This document shows positions 47,344 through 57,009 of a stretch of DNA of 64,000 nt, one piece after another; the first letter of the stretch is position 1, and the number at the start of each line of letters is the position of its first letter. The notes below the pieces were generated by a model. It was not told the origin of the DNA. It saw only the letters and a program-made list of their open reading frames with translations, and did no database searches. The stretch lies in NCBI GenBank assembly GCA_964418255.1, contig CAYQKV010000005.1, forward strand, positions 16,956 to 80,955. The letters are read 5' to 3'. The position numbers were made by a program, and so were the translations under genes. This stretch comes from an uncultured Christensenella sp. (GTDB taxonomy: Bacteria; Bacillota; Clostridia; Christensenellales; DTU072).

Positions 47344-48759
47344 TCAGGCGTTAAAACCGAAAAAACGGCTCTTCTTTATGCAAACTTCTTCGTTTCTCTC
47401 GCAATATTCGCGGAAACCTTTCGGGTCGGACAGTCTTTCTATTCTGCCGTCTTTTACGAGTTTCGTCATCGCTCCCGCGCCTACGCCGATAATAGTAGCC
47501 GCCTCTTCCATCATATCGATATTGTAAACGCATTGTTTTTGCGGCAACGTATATCCCGTGTTTTCGAGATTATCCGCCATATTTTTCTGACGGTACATAT
47601 AATACGGCGCATAGCCCGCAGCGGAAAGCGCGTTGTGCGCGTAATCAATCATATTTCCCGCGACGCCGTACTCGCTTTTCGACATTCCCGACAAAGTGAA
47701 ATCCGAACCGCGTTTAAGACTTAACGTATGAACCGTTATGTTCGCGGGATTAAGCGCGATACAACTGTTCACGCTGTTTTCGAAAATTTCCTGCGTTTCT
47801 CCCGGCAAACCCGCAATAAGGTCCGCGTTTATATCGAAACCTCTTTTCTTCATCAATTCGTAAGCGCGATAAAAATCGTCTACGGTATGATTTCTTCCTA
47901 TCCTCGCGAGAGTGTCGTCGGAAAAAGTCTGCGGGTTTACGCTGACGCGCGTAACCCCAAGCTCTTTGAGAACTTCCGCGACCTCTTCCGTTATCGAATC
48001 GGGTCTTCCCGCCTCCACGGTAAATTCGTCAGCCACTCCGACGACGGGAGAAAGTATACTCTTTAACCTCGACGTACCTATCGAGGTCGGCGTTCCTCCG
48101 CCGACGTAAACAGACCTGATTTTATAACCGCATTTATCTATAATTTCAAAAGCCGTCTCTATTTCATTTTTGACGCAGTCCACATAAAAATCGAGTTTAT
48201 CTTTAACGCGAAAAACCTCTGTACTGATAAAAGAACAATACTTACATTTTGTCGGACAAAACGGAATATTTATAAAAAATCCTATATTTTTTTCTTCTCG
48301 ATTTATGTAATCTTTTTGATTTTTTACACAATTTGCAATTAAATCGGCTTTTTCGGGTGAAACACCGTAATTTTTGACAAGTTCAGAAATCGGATATTCG
48401 ATTTTTTCGCTTAATTCATAATAAAGTTTGGTCGGTCGAACGCCTGTAAGACTTCCATATGGGAGTTTAATTTGCAATACTTCGGATAAAAAATCGTAAA
48501 GACAAGTTTTTATGAAACGACGGGTTTCACGCTTATATTCCGAAAAGTCCTTATCACTTACATTAAAAGAATAATTTCGTTTTTCAAAAATATCTCCGAA
48601 AATATCTAATTCGAAAATTCCGTTTATATAACTATATTCCCATTGCAGAAAATGCTCGGCATTATCGTCTACAATAAGGTACGGACTGAACGCGCGCGGT
48701 ATATCCTGCACGTCGTTAAGGTAATCTTCTCTTCTGTAAACCAGCCTTACTCTTATCAT
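47344..48759 (-). CDS. Radical SAM coproporphyrinogen-dehydrogenase-like protein (HemZ/HemN-related)
   Basis: It has the CPTKCKYCSF radical SAM cluster motif and a HemZ-style N-terminal extension of about 160 aa. Confidence 0.8.
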   Translation of the reverse strand: MIRVRLVYRREDYLNDVQDIPRAFSPYLIVDDNAEHFLQWEYSYINGIFELDIFGDIFEKRNYSFNVSDKDFSEYKRETRRFIKTCLYDFLSEVLQIKLPYGSLTGVRPTKLYYELSEKIEYPISELVKNYGVSPEKADLIANCVKNQKDYINREEKNIGFFINIPFCPTKCKYCSFISTEVFRVKDKLDFYVDCVKNEIETAFEIIDKCGYKIRSVYVGGGTPTSIGTSRLKSILSPVVGVADEFTVEAGRPDSITEEVAEVLKELGVTRVSVNPQTFSDDTLARIGRNHTVDDFYRAYELMKKRGFDINADLIAGLPGETQEIFENSVNSCIALNPANITVHTLSLKRGSDFTLSGMSKSEYGVAGNMIDYAHNALSAAGYAPYYMYRQKNMADNLENTGYTLPQKQCVYNIDMMEEAATIIGVGAGAMTKLVKDGRIERLSDPKGFREYCERNEEVCIKKSRFFGFNA

Positions 48760-49385
48760 ATATTCCGTAATATCGGATTAAAATTCCGCTCCTCTATCGC
48801 CGTCGTACTCTCTCCGTGCCCCGGCAAAAACAAAGCGTCCGCTTCGCGCATAACGATTTTCTCCACGGAAGAAATCAATTCGTCGAAATTGCCGCAGTAA
48901 AAATCCGTCCTGCCGTATGAATGATAAAAAACGGTGTCGCCCGTAAATACCGTTTCCCTTTCCTGCCCTTTCAAGACAAAACAAACGCTGCCCTTGGAAT
49001 GTCCCGGCGTATGAACCGTTTCAAATACCATTCCGGCAATTTTCAAAACGTCGCCGTCTTCGATAACGACGTCGGGTTCGGTCGGCTCAACGGCAAAACT
49101 TCGCCCGGGAATAATCTGTTTTTCGTTGCGAAGGAGTTCGACGTCCGCGCTGTGAATATATATTTTTGCTCCGTATTTCTGCCATTTATGCGCGTCGTAA
49201 ACGTGGTCGAAATGCCCGTGCGTACATAATACGGCAACCGCTTTCTTCCCAAGCCCGTCGAGATAACTCTTGATTTTATCAAAGCCGCCGCCCGCGTCGA
49301 CTATTACGGCGCCCTCTCCGTCTGTCGTAACGACATAACAGTTCGTAGCAAGAAAGCCGACTGTAAACAGTTTTATTTCCGCCAT
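48756..49385 (-). CDS. MBL-fold metallo-hydrolase (glyoxalase II-like)
   Basis: It has the THGHFDH metal-binding motif, and HTPGHS. Confidence 0.85.
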   Translation of the reverse strand: MAEIKLFTVGFLATNCYVVTTDGEGAVIVDAGGGFDKIKSYLDGLGKKAVAVLCTHGHFDHVYDAHKWQKYGAKIYIHSADVELLRNEKQIIPGRSFAVEPTEPDVVIEDGDVLKIAGMVFETVHTPGHSKGSVCFVLKGQERETVFTGDTVFYHSYGRTDFYCGNFDELISSVEKIVMREADALFLPGHGESTTAIEERNFNPILRNI

Positions 49386-49387
49386 TT

Positions 49388-50569
49388 TCAGATTCTTTTT
49401 CTGATTTCTTCGATAAAATCGTCCGTATTTACGGCTTTGGCTTCGCCGTCGTATACGATTGCGAGGTCTTTCGTCATAATTCCGTTTTCTATCGTGTTTA
49501 TGCTTGCTTTTTCCAGTCTGTCGGCAAATTCAATGAGCTCTTCTATTCCGTCAAGCTGTCCTCTTTTTCTCAACGCTCCCGTCCACGCAAACAGAGTAGC
49601 CATAGGATTTGTGGAAGTTTCTTCTCCGTTGAGATATTTGTAATAATGGCGCGTAACCGTGCCGTGCGCCGCTTCGTATTCGTATTTCCCGTCGGGACTG
49701 ACAAGAACCGAAGTCATCATCGCAAGAGAACCGAAAGCGGTCGCGAGCATATCGCTCATTACGTCTCCGTCGTAGTTCTTGCACGCCCATACCATTCCGC
49801 CCGAACTCTTTACAATTCTGCTTACGGCGTCGTCGATTAAGGTATAAAAGTAAGTAATTCCCGCTTTTTCGAACTTTTCTTTGTATTCAGTCTCGAAAAT
49901 TTCACGGAAAATATCCTTAAATCTGTGGTCGTAAATTTTACTTATCGTATCTTTACTGCTGAACCACAAATCTTTCTTTACATCCAAAGCATAATTCATA
50001 CAGCTTCTCGCGAAACTTCTTATACTCTTGTCTGTATTGTGCATTGTCTGAACTATGCCGGCGTCTTTGAAATCGAAAATAAGTTTTTCGGTTCCGTCGG
50101 GAAGGATAAATTTCACCTTTCCGCCCTGCGGGACATATGCTTCCACCCCGCCGTATACGTCGCCGTAAGCGTGACGGGCTATAACGATAGGCTCTTTCCA
50201 GGTCGGAATAAGAAGTTTTATTCCTTTACAGAGTATCGGCGCGCGGAAAACCGTTCCGTCGAGAGACGCGCGCAAAGTTCCGTTTGGCGATTTCCACATT
50301 TCCGTGAGATTATATTCTTCCACCCTCTGCGCATTAGGCGTTATCGTAGCGCATTTTACGCCCACGCCGTATTTTTTTATCGCTTCGGCGGCTTCTTTGG
50401 TAACTCTGTCTTTCGTCTTCTCTCGATTGACAAGTCCGAGGTCGTAATATTCCGTTTTCAAGTCAACGTAGGGCAAAATCAATTTTTCTTTGATTTTCTG
50501 CCATATAATTCTCGTCATTTCGTCGCCGTCGATTTCAACAAGCGGTGTTTTCATCGTTATTTTAGCCAT
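49388..50569 (-). CDS. icd: NADP-dependent isocitrate dehydrogenase, eukaryote-like (IDH1/2) subfamily
   Basis: It can be aligned by eye to the IDH1 type ([46 protein letters not shown]). The ATG at 50569 has a GGAG SD. Confidence 0.93.
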   Translation of the reverse strand: MAKITMKTPLVEIDGDEMTRIIWQKIKEKLILPYVDLKTEYYDLGLVNREKTKDRVTKEAAEAIKKYGVGVKCATITPNAQRVEEYNLTEMWKSPNGTLRASLDGTVFRAPILCKGIKLLIPTWKEPIVIARHAYGDVYGGVEAYVPQGGKVKFILPDGTEKLIFDFKDAGIVQTMHNTDKSIRSFARSCMNYALDVKKDLWFSSKDTISKIYDHRFKDIFREIFETEYKEKFEKAGITYFYTLIDDAVSRIVKSSGGMVWACKNYDGDVMSDMLATAFGSLAMMTSVLVSPDGKYEYEAAHGTVTRHYYKYLNGEETSTNPMATLFAWTGALRKRGQLDGIEELIEFADRLEKASINTIENGIMTKDLAIVYDGEAKAVNTDDFIEEIRKRI

Positions 50570-50580
50570 ATATCGCTCCA

Positions 50581-51084
50581 TTAAAATAATTTTTTGGGAT
50601 TTGTGTTTTTGTATTCGGTAAACTTAATATCGTATTCGCCGTCCGAAACGGGTTCGCTCTCCTTTTCCAGCCGCCACCCTTCAAGTTCGTCGAGATTTTC
50701 GAAAAATACTTCCGCGTCTCCGTCCGCGTCGACTTTCGTCACGAGAGCGGCGTCGCAATAAGGAAGCATCGTTCGATAAAACATCGCGCCTCCTATAATA
50801 AAAATATCGTCGCCGTCATATTTGACAAGCTCGCTTTTAAGTTCGTCGAAACTCCCGCAAACCGTGCAATCGTCTCGTTTTTCTCCGTCGGGCCAGAACA
50901 CAATATTCGTTCTGTTTTTAAGAGGTTTTCCGCCGGGAAAACTTTTAAGCGTATTGCTGCCCATAACCACCGTTTTATCGATTGTATTTTTACGGAAATA
51001 CGCCATATCTTCGGGCAATCTGAAAAGAAGCCCGTTTTTCTTACCTATTCCCCATTTCCTGTCGACCGCTACTATACATTTCAT
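50581..51084 (-). CDS. folA: Dihydrofolate reductase
   Basis: It has [30 protein letters not shown] and IIGGAMFY. Confidence 0.9.
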   Translation of the reverse strand: MKCIVAVDRKWGIGKKNGLLFRLPEDMAYFRKNTIDKTVVMGSNTLKSFPGGKPLKNRTNIVFWPDGEKRDDCTVCGSFDELKSELVKYDGDDIFIIGGAMFYRTMLPYCDAALVTKVDADGDAEVFFENLDELEGWRLEKESEPVSDGEYDIKFTEYKNTNPKKLF

Positions 51085-51095
51085 AACGCGCTCTC

Positions 51096-51926
51096 CTATA
51101 TCGCCACGGGAAGTTTTTTGCCGAGCAGATGATATTTATAATCGCATAGAACAAAATCTTCAACGCGAAAATCGTAAAAATTCGTTATTTTATCGTTGAT
51201 TATAAGTTTCGGCGCAGGATATTGCTCTTTCGCTATTACTTCTTTTGCTGTTTCTATATGTCTGTCATATATATGCGCGTCGGAAATAACGTGAACGAGT
51301 TCTCCCGCAACAAGTCCGTTTACCTGCGCCAACATCATAAGCAACACGGAATATTGCAGAACGTTCCAGTTGTTCGCCACAAGCATATCGTTGCTTCTCT
51401 GATTGAGTATACCGTTGAGTTTATTTCCCGAAACATTAAACGTCATCGAATACGCGCACGGATAGAGATTCATTTCGTGCAAATCGTCGAAGTTATAAAT
51501 ATTCGTCATTATTCTTCTGCTGTTCGGGTTATGTTTCAAATCATATAGGACTCTGTCGACCTGGTCGAACTCGCCCTCTTTATAAATGCTTTTTTTTGCC
51601 AACTGATACCCGTACGCCTTGCCTATCGACCCGCTTTCATCCGCCCACGAATCCCATATATGACTGTTCAGGTCGTGCACGTTATTGCTTTTTTTCTGCC
51701 AAATCCACAATATTTCGTCGATTGCGGCGGTAAAATTGGTTTTTCTTATGGTAAGAATGGGCAATTCTTTGGTAAGGTCGTAGCGATTGACTATACCGAA
51801 CTTTTTAATCGTATGCGCCTTAGCGCCGTCTTCCCATCTCGGGCGGACGTCATAGGCGGTATCCCATACTCCGTTTTCGAGAATGTCGTTGATGTTTTTT
51901 ACAAATATTTCGTCGGCGTAACTCAC
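51096..51926 (-). CDS. thyA: Thymidylate synthase (ThyA)
   Basis: It has RRIMTNIYN and a catalytic Cys in LYPCAYSMTFNV, plus DAHIY. Confidence 0.95.
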   Translation of the reverse strand: MSYADEIFVKNINDILENGVWDTAYDVRPRWEDGAKAHTIKKFGIVNRYDLTKELPILTIRKTNFTAAIDEILWIWQKKSNNVHDLNSHIWDSWADESGSIGKAYGYQLAKKSIYKEGEFDQVDRVLYDLKHNPNSRRIMTNIYNFDDLHEMNLYPCAYSMTFNVSGNKLNGILNQRSNDMLVANNWNVLQYSVLLMMLAQVNGLVAGELVHVISDAHIYDRHIETAKEVIAKEQYPAPKLIINDKITNFYDFRVEDFVLCDYKYHLLGKKLPVAI

Positions 51927-52049
51927 AGGCTGTTCCCTCGCTTAATTATATTATAGATATAATTACATTTTTTTGCCAAAAAGTCAAGCGATAGCCGAGT
52001 CAATCGCCTTTTCGTTGACAAAAAAAGCGTTTTCCGACGGATTCTTTGC

Positions 52050-52078
52050 TTTGCATTATATCTTAAATATGCTATAAT
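52050..52078 (+). promoter_or_regulatory. Candidate extended -10 promoter for the helicase-nuclease gene
   Basis: TTTGCA, a 17-nt spacer, then TGcTATAAT. A GGAG SD lies 5 nt before the ATG at 52112. Confidence 0.55.
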
Positions 52079-52111
52079 GGTAATAATTAACTGTACGCAC
52101 CCGGAGATTTA

Positions 52112-55100
52112 ATGCAACGTATATATAAAAAATACAAAGACAGGTTCATCGAAATAAGCGGAAAAAGCCGCGCTCTGTTCACGCGAAGCATAATCAAGAA
52201 ATATTCGTTTGACCTCGGCGCGCTTATGCCCTTCCTCGATTTGGACGCGTTCTATTCTTTTTTGTGGATGCAAAAAGACTCGTTTGACCTTATAAACGAA
52301 AAAATTGCGAAAAAAATTGCTAAAACCGCGGAAAAATCGGACGAACTCTCCCCTTCCGCCGCGCCCGCCGACAGACAGCTTTCCGACCTGAGATACTTAC
52401 GCCGCGAAGTTGAAGAAATTCAAAAAGAAACGGGAAAATACGACCTTTACGTAGGGTTTCCTTACGTTTTCGGGAAAATCGGCGCGGATATAACCGTTAA
52501 AGCCCCTCTGCTTCTTTTCCCGGTTGCGTTGGAAATAGACAAAGACGCGGCGGTTCTTACCCATATCGAGAACCAGCCCATAATCATCAACCGCAGTCTC
52601 GTACTTGCTTACTGCAATGAAAACAGGATAAAATCCGACGGTATCATAGGTGAATTCGACCCGCTGTCCGAAAGCACGTTTTCCTGCGTTCAGGACGTCA
52701 TTGCCTATCTCGAAAAAAACGGAATAAAACTCGTTCATCAAAAGCGGAAAACCATCGTTCCTTTCGACCCGATAAAGGATATAAATCAGAATTTTATAGA
52801 AGTCAAATATATGGCGGTTCTCGGAAGATTTCCCCTTGCCAACCCCATATACAACGACTACGAAATACTCGAAAAGGAAAACCTCAGCACTCCGAGTATC
52901 GATTTGCTTCTTCAAGGCAAAATCAAAAAGGAAAAACGGCAAAAAAGCGTCCCCGTAACCTACACGATTAACGACCTCGATTACTCGCAGGAAAACGCGA
53001 TTGACCAGATTAACCAGAAAAGCAACATAGTTATTTACGGTCCCCCGGGAACGGGAAAGAGCCAGACTATCGTAAATATAATAAGCGACGCGCTTTGCCG
53101 AAACAAACGCGTCCTTGTCGTAAGTCAGAAACGCGCCGCGCTCGACGTCGTTTTCTCCCGCCTCGGAAAACTCAATTCGAAAGCAATGTTTATTCCCGAC
53201 CCCGAGAAATACAAATTTGACTTTTTCGAACGCATACGGCAGACTCACACGCAGGTAATGCGCGAAGATTACAGCGCGGCTCAGAAAAAATTTCAGCATA
53301 ACGAAATAAACATCAACCGTGAAATAGGCACGCTTGAAAATATAAGCAAAGTTCTCTTCTCGCCTACCGAATTCGGTCTTTCGTTGCAGGAAATGTACGC
53401 TCAAAGTTACAATATCGGCAAAGATTCGAAAGACTATAAACTCTACGAAGAACTTCTGAAAACTTCGGCGGCGAAGCGTAACTATCCCGAACTTTACGAA
53501 ACGGTGCGCTATCTTAAAGATAAAGACGTTCCCAAACTCTTCATCGACAGAGAAAAAGCCGTAGCAAGCAATCCTATGATTACGCATCTCAAAACGGATA
53601 TAGACGTTCATAAACTTCGCGAAGCGTATTCGTTTGTATCCAAACTTTCGTCTTCCGACCTGCCGCCGTTCGACTTTTCAATATACCCACACAGCCGCTA
53701 CCTTGCGACTTTTTATCTCGAAAAAACGGCGAACAATCGTCCCGAGATGACGGAAATCGCAAATATCATAATGCAAGTGGAAAATAAAAGTCTGTGTTCG
53801 TGGCTTAAAGCAAGTTATTTTCCCGCTCTCTGGTGGCTTTTCCCCTTCCTTAAAGCGCGCCACTGTAAACTGAGAGAAAATATCGTAATCGACCTCAATA
53901 TCGCGTTGAAAGCGTTCAAAATGTTCGAAGAACCGTTCGCGCTTTTACAGGATATACTCGACGACGAAGGTTACGCGCTCGTTATGGGCGGCATTATAAA
54001 CGGTAACTCCGTTTTCCTCAAAGGATTGAAACAGGCTTTGGAAAACTACGTTTCCGTCAGGGATATGAACAAAGCCCTCAACGAACTTACCGATGAAATG
54101 CGCGATATGCTCGAATTTTCTTACCGAAACTCGGACAAGACTTACTCGGGCGTAAAGGAAGTTCTTAACAAGGTTATTCCTCTCCGTATATACCACGAAA
54201 TCGTCAAAAACGACTATTATATCGACAATACGCTTTCGAAAACCGTGAGCTTCGACAGTATGCGGGAAAGAATTCTTCATCTTAAATCCGACCAGAGAGA
54301 ACTCACTCGTCACCTCGCGCTTGACAGATTCAGTCAGGAATATCTCGAATATTTCGAATCGAGCGCGAATTCGAAAGACTATCTTTATCAGATACAAAAA
54401 CAGCGCGCTCTATGGCCTATTCGCAGAATGATAGAGTTTTTCTCGGATTACCTGTTCCGCCTTTTCCCTTGCTGGCTTATGTCTCCGCAGACGGTAAGCA
54501 CTATTTTCCCGCTCGAAAAGAATATGTTTGACCTCGTAGTCTTTGACGAAGCGAGTCAGATGTTTGTCGAAAACGCTTTGCCCACCATTTACCGAGGCAA
54601 CCATATCGTCGTCGCGGGCGACGGAAAGCAACTCCGTCCTTCGAGCGGTTTCGTTCGCAGATACCAGGCGGACGACAGTTTCGATTATAATATGGACCTG
54701 TCCACGCAAGCCGCGCTCGAAGTGGAATCCTTACTCGACCTTGCAACTGCGAAGTTCACGCCCGTGCACCTCGTATATCACTACCGCAGTATGTTCTCCG
54801 AGCTCATCGATTTCAGCAATATGGCTTTTTACGACAACAAACTGCAAATCGCGCCCAACATCACCCTCTCGTCCGACAACAAACCTATCGAACGCATTAA
54901 AGTACGCGGGATATGGCAGTCGAGACACAATCACGAAGAAGCCGTCGCTGTCGTAAGACTCGTACGCACGATTATGCGCGAAAGAAAATTCAACGAAAGC
55001 ATCGGCATTGTGACCTTCAACAACGAACAAAAGGAATATATCGAGGATATGCTCGACGCCGAAGCGGATAAAGTAGCCGTTTTCAGAAAACAACTTTACG

Positions 55101-55834
55101 CAGAGCAAAACCGCATAGAAAACGGCGAAAACTATTCCATTTTCGTTAAAAACCTTGAAAACGTACAAGGCGACGAGCGCGATATTATCATTTTCAGCAT
55201 AGGCTACGCAAGAAACGATTACGACAAAGTCGTAGCGCAATTCGGCTCTTTGTCCACAGACGGCGGCGAAAATCGTCTTAACGTAGCCATTACCCGCGCA
55301 AAAAAGAAAATCTATGTCGTAACGAGTATCGAACCAGAAGAACTCGACAACGTGGAAACCACTAAAAACAACGGTCCCAAACTTCTGAAAAAGTACCTTC
55401 TTTACGCTCGCGCCGTAAGCAACGGCAGACCCGACGAAGTAAAAGCCGTCCTTGCCACGTTTAACGCGGGCAAAAAGACGACCGACCCCATAGGCGCGTA
55501 TGAAGAACGTATTAAACAGGGATTGGAAGCTATGGGGTATACCGTGTATACAAACCTCGGAAACACAAGTTATAAACTTTCCTTAGGCGTGTTCGACAAA
55601 ACTCTAAACCGTTTCGTATTAGGTATAGAATGCGATTACCGCGCATACGAAAGCAGCGAAAGCGTGCTCGAAAGAGACGTATACAGAATTAAATTCCTGG
55701 AAAACCGCGGTTGGAAAATCGTGCGCGTATGGTCGAGGGACTGGTGGCAATCGCCAAAACAGGTTTTACAGAACCTCTCCGCTCTCATCGAAGAGGAAAA
55801 AGCCCGCCTTATTGCGGAACGCGAGGCAATGTAG
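52112..55834 (+). CDS. DUF4011-like N-terminal region plus Upf1/DNA2-like SF1 helicase (AAA_11/AAA_12 type) plus C-terminal PD-(D/E)xK Vsr/DUF559-like endonuclease domain
   Basis: Walker A GPPGTGKSQT lies at about 53041. Other helicase motifs are VVFDEASQM, VVAGDGKQLRP, VQGDERDIIIFS and RLNVAITRAKKKIYV. The C-terminal segment is LSLGVFD...VLGIECDY...RDVYRIKFLENRGWKIVRVW. Confidence 0.85.
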   Translation: MQRIYKKYKDRFIEISGKSRALFTRSIIKKYSFDLGALMPFLDLDAFYSFLWMQKDSFDLINEKIAKKIAKTAEKSDELSPSAAPADRQLSDLRYLRREVEEIQKETGKYDLYVGFPYVFGKIGADITVKAPLLLFPVALEIDKDAAVLTHIENQPIIINRSLVLAYCNENRIKSDGIIGEFDPLSESTFSCVQDVIAYLEKNGIKLVHQKRKTIVPFDPIKDINQNFIEVKYMAVLGRFPLANPIYNDYEILEKENLSTPSIDLLLQGKIKKEKRQKSVPVTYTINDLDYSQENAIDQINQKSNIVIYGPPGTGKSQTIVNIISDALCRNKRVLVVSQKRAALDVVFSRLGKLNSKAMFIPDPEKYKFDFFERIRQTHTQVMREDYSAAQKKFQHNEININREIGTLENISKVLFSPTEFGLSLQEMYAQSYNIGKDSKDYKLYEELLKTSAAKRNYPELYETVRYLKDKDVPKLFIDREKAVASNPMITHLKTDIDVHKLREAYSFVSKLSSSDLPPFDFSIYPHSRYLATFYLEKTANNRPEMTEIANIIMQVENKSLCSWLKASYFPALWWLFPFLKARHCKLRENIVIDLNIALKAFKMFEEPFALLQDILDDEGYALVMGGIINGNSVFLKGLKQALENYVSVRDMNKALNELTDEMRDMLEFSYRNSDKTYSGVKEVLNKVIPLRIYHEIVKNDYYIDNTLSKTVSFDSMRERILHLKSDQRELTRHLALDRFSQEYLEYFESSANSKDYLYQIQKQRALWPIRRMIEFFSDYLFRLFPCWLMSPQTVSTIFPLEKNMFDLVVFDEASQMFVENALPTIYRGNHIVVAGDGKQLRPSSGFVRRYQADDSFDYNMDLSTQAALEVESLLDLATAKFTPVHLVYHYRSMFSELIDFSNMAFYDNKLQIAPNITLSSDNKPIERIKVRGIWQSRHNHEEAVAVVRLVRTIMRERKFNESIGIVTFNNEQKEYIEDMLDAEADKVAVFRKQLYAEQNRIENGENYSIFVKNLENVQGDERDIIIFSIGYARNDYDKVVAQFGSLSTDGGENRLNVAITRAKKKIYVVTSIEPEELDNVETTKNNGPKLLKKYLLYARAVSNGRPDEVKAVLATFNAGKKTTDPIGAYEERIKQGLEAMGYTVYTNLGNTSYKLSLGVFDKTLNRFVLGIECDYRAYESSESVLERDVYRIKFLENRGWKIVRVWSRDWWQSPKQVLQNLSALIEEEKARLIAEREAM

Positions 55835-55842
55835 GTAGCTCG

Positions 55843-55874
55843 CGTTCCTTAACGGTTAAGCAACGTCTACTTTT
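55843..55874 (+). terminator. Weak terminator candidate after the helicase gene
   Basis: An 8-bp stem with one mismatch (CGTTCCTT/AAGCAACG) is followed by a T-run that begins 5 nt downstream. Confidence 0.3.
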
Positions 55875-55909
55875 CCGCATCGATAATTTTCTAATAAAAA
55901 TTCCGACGA

Positions 55910-57001
55910 TTATTTTTTCACGCCGAATTCGAGCTTGGAAGCGTTGAATTCCGACAAAATATTATTATCGAAAGAAGTAACGATTTTCTTCTTCTTTTCG
56001 AACCTCGCTATCCCTTCCTCCGCCAAATCGCAAAGCAAACGGGAAAGGTTTATCCCTTGACCTTTGAACAGATAGAAAGCAAGCGACCCGGGAACGGTAT
56101 TTATTTCATTGACATAAAGTTTCCCCTTATCCGACAGCAGAAAATCTATCCTGACCACACCGCATAATTCGGAAAATCTGTAAATATCCGCGGTTATTTT
56201 CTTTATTCTTTCCGCTAATTTTTCTTCGATAACAGCGGGAATTTCCCTTGTCGCGCCCTCTTTCCCGTATTTGGAATCAAAGTCGTAAAACTCCCCTTTC
56301 GTTTCGATTTTTTCTATATCTCCGACAATTATCTCGCCGTTATGCCTATACGCCGCACAATTAAGCTCGGTAAAATTTTCAAGAGCCTTTTCCGCAAGCA
56401 CTTTTTCATCGAACTTTTTAGCAAGCTCATATGCGTTTTTAAGTTCTTCCGCGTTTGTAGCAACGCTTATTCCTATACTGCTTCCCTGCCTTGCGGGCTT
56501 TAAGATGACGGGATAATCTAATTCTTCCGCCACAGACAAATCGTTTTCACCTCTGATAATTTTGTACGGAACAACGGGGAATTTTTTCTTTTCAAGAAAA
56601 TATTTAGTGAAAACTTTATCCATATAGAGCGCGCTCGGAAACACGCCCGCCGAGGTATACGGAATATCGGCAAGCTCGAAGACCCCGGCTAAAGCGCCGC
56701 TTTCTCCCCCTCCTCCGTGATTACAGTTTATCGCGCAATCTATACGCACGCCTTTTTTTCTTTTCCCGACAAATCGCATCTCACCGTCGGAAAAAAACAC
56801 TTCCTCAAAATTTTTCTTTGAAAAATTTACGATTTTTTCAATTTTTAGCGATTTTTTACACAGAAAAAAACTTGCGTTTTTTAAGTAAACAGACAAAATA
56901 TTGAACTGTCGGTTTATAGCGTTATACGCCGATAATGCAGTTATAACCGATACGTCGTGTTCGCAACTTTCTCCACCAAAAGTGATAACATAATTTTTCA
57001 T
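55910..57001 (-). CDS. ddl: D-alanine--D-alanine ligase
   Basis: It has an ATP-grasp fold sequence (FGGESCEHDVS, PVILKPARQGSSIGI, RIDFLL...YVNEINTVPG). Confidence 0.93.
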   Translation of the reverse strand: MKNYVITFGGESCEHDVSVITALSAYNAINRQFNILSVYLKNASFFLCKKSLKIEKIVNFSKKNFEEVFFSDGEMRFVGKRKKGVRIDCAINCNHGGGGESGALAGVFELADIPYTSAGVFPSALYMDKVFTKYFLEKKKFPVVPYKIIRGENDLSVAEELDYPVILKPARQGSSIGISVATNAEELKNAYELAKKFDEKVLAEKALENFTELNCAAYRHNGEIIVGDIEKIETKGEFYDFDSKYGKEGATREIPAVIEEKLAERIKKITADIYRFSELCGVVRIDFLLSDKGKLYVNEINTVPGSLAFYLFKGQGINLSRLLCDLAEEGIARFEKKKKIVTSFDNNILSEFNASKLEFGVKK

Positions 57002-57009
57002 AAAATCTC

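Noticed and set aside
52032-55911. A direct repeat, TTCCGACG(G)ATT, flanking the helicase-nuclease gene (52032-52043 and 55901-55911) as a possible target-site duplication.
   Set aside because: Only 8 contiguous identical nt plus 3 more are shared. That is within chance expectation for two AT-rich spacers, and the right copy overlaps the ddl stop codon.
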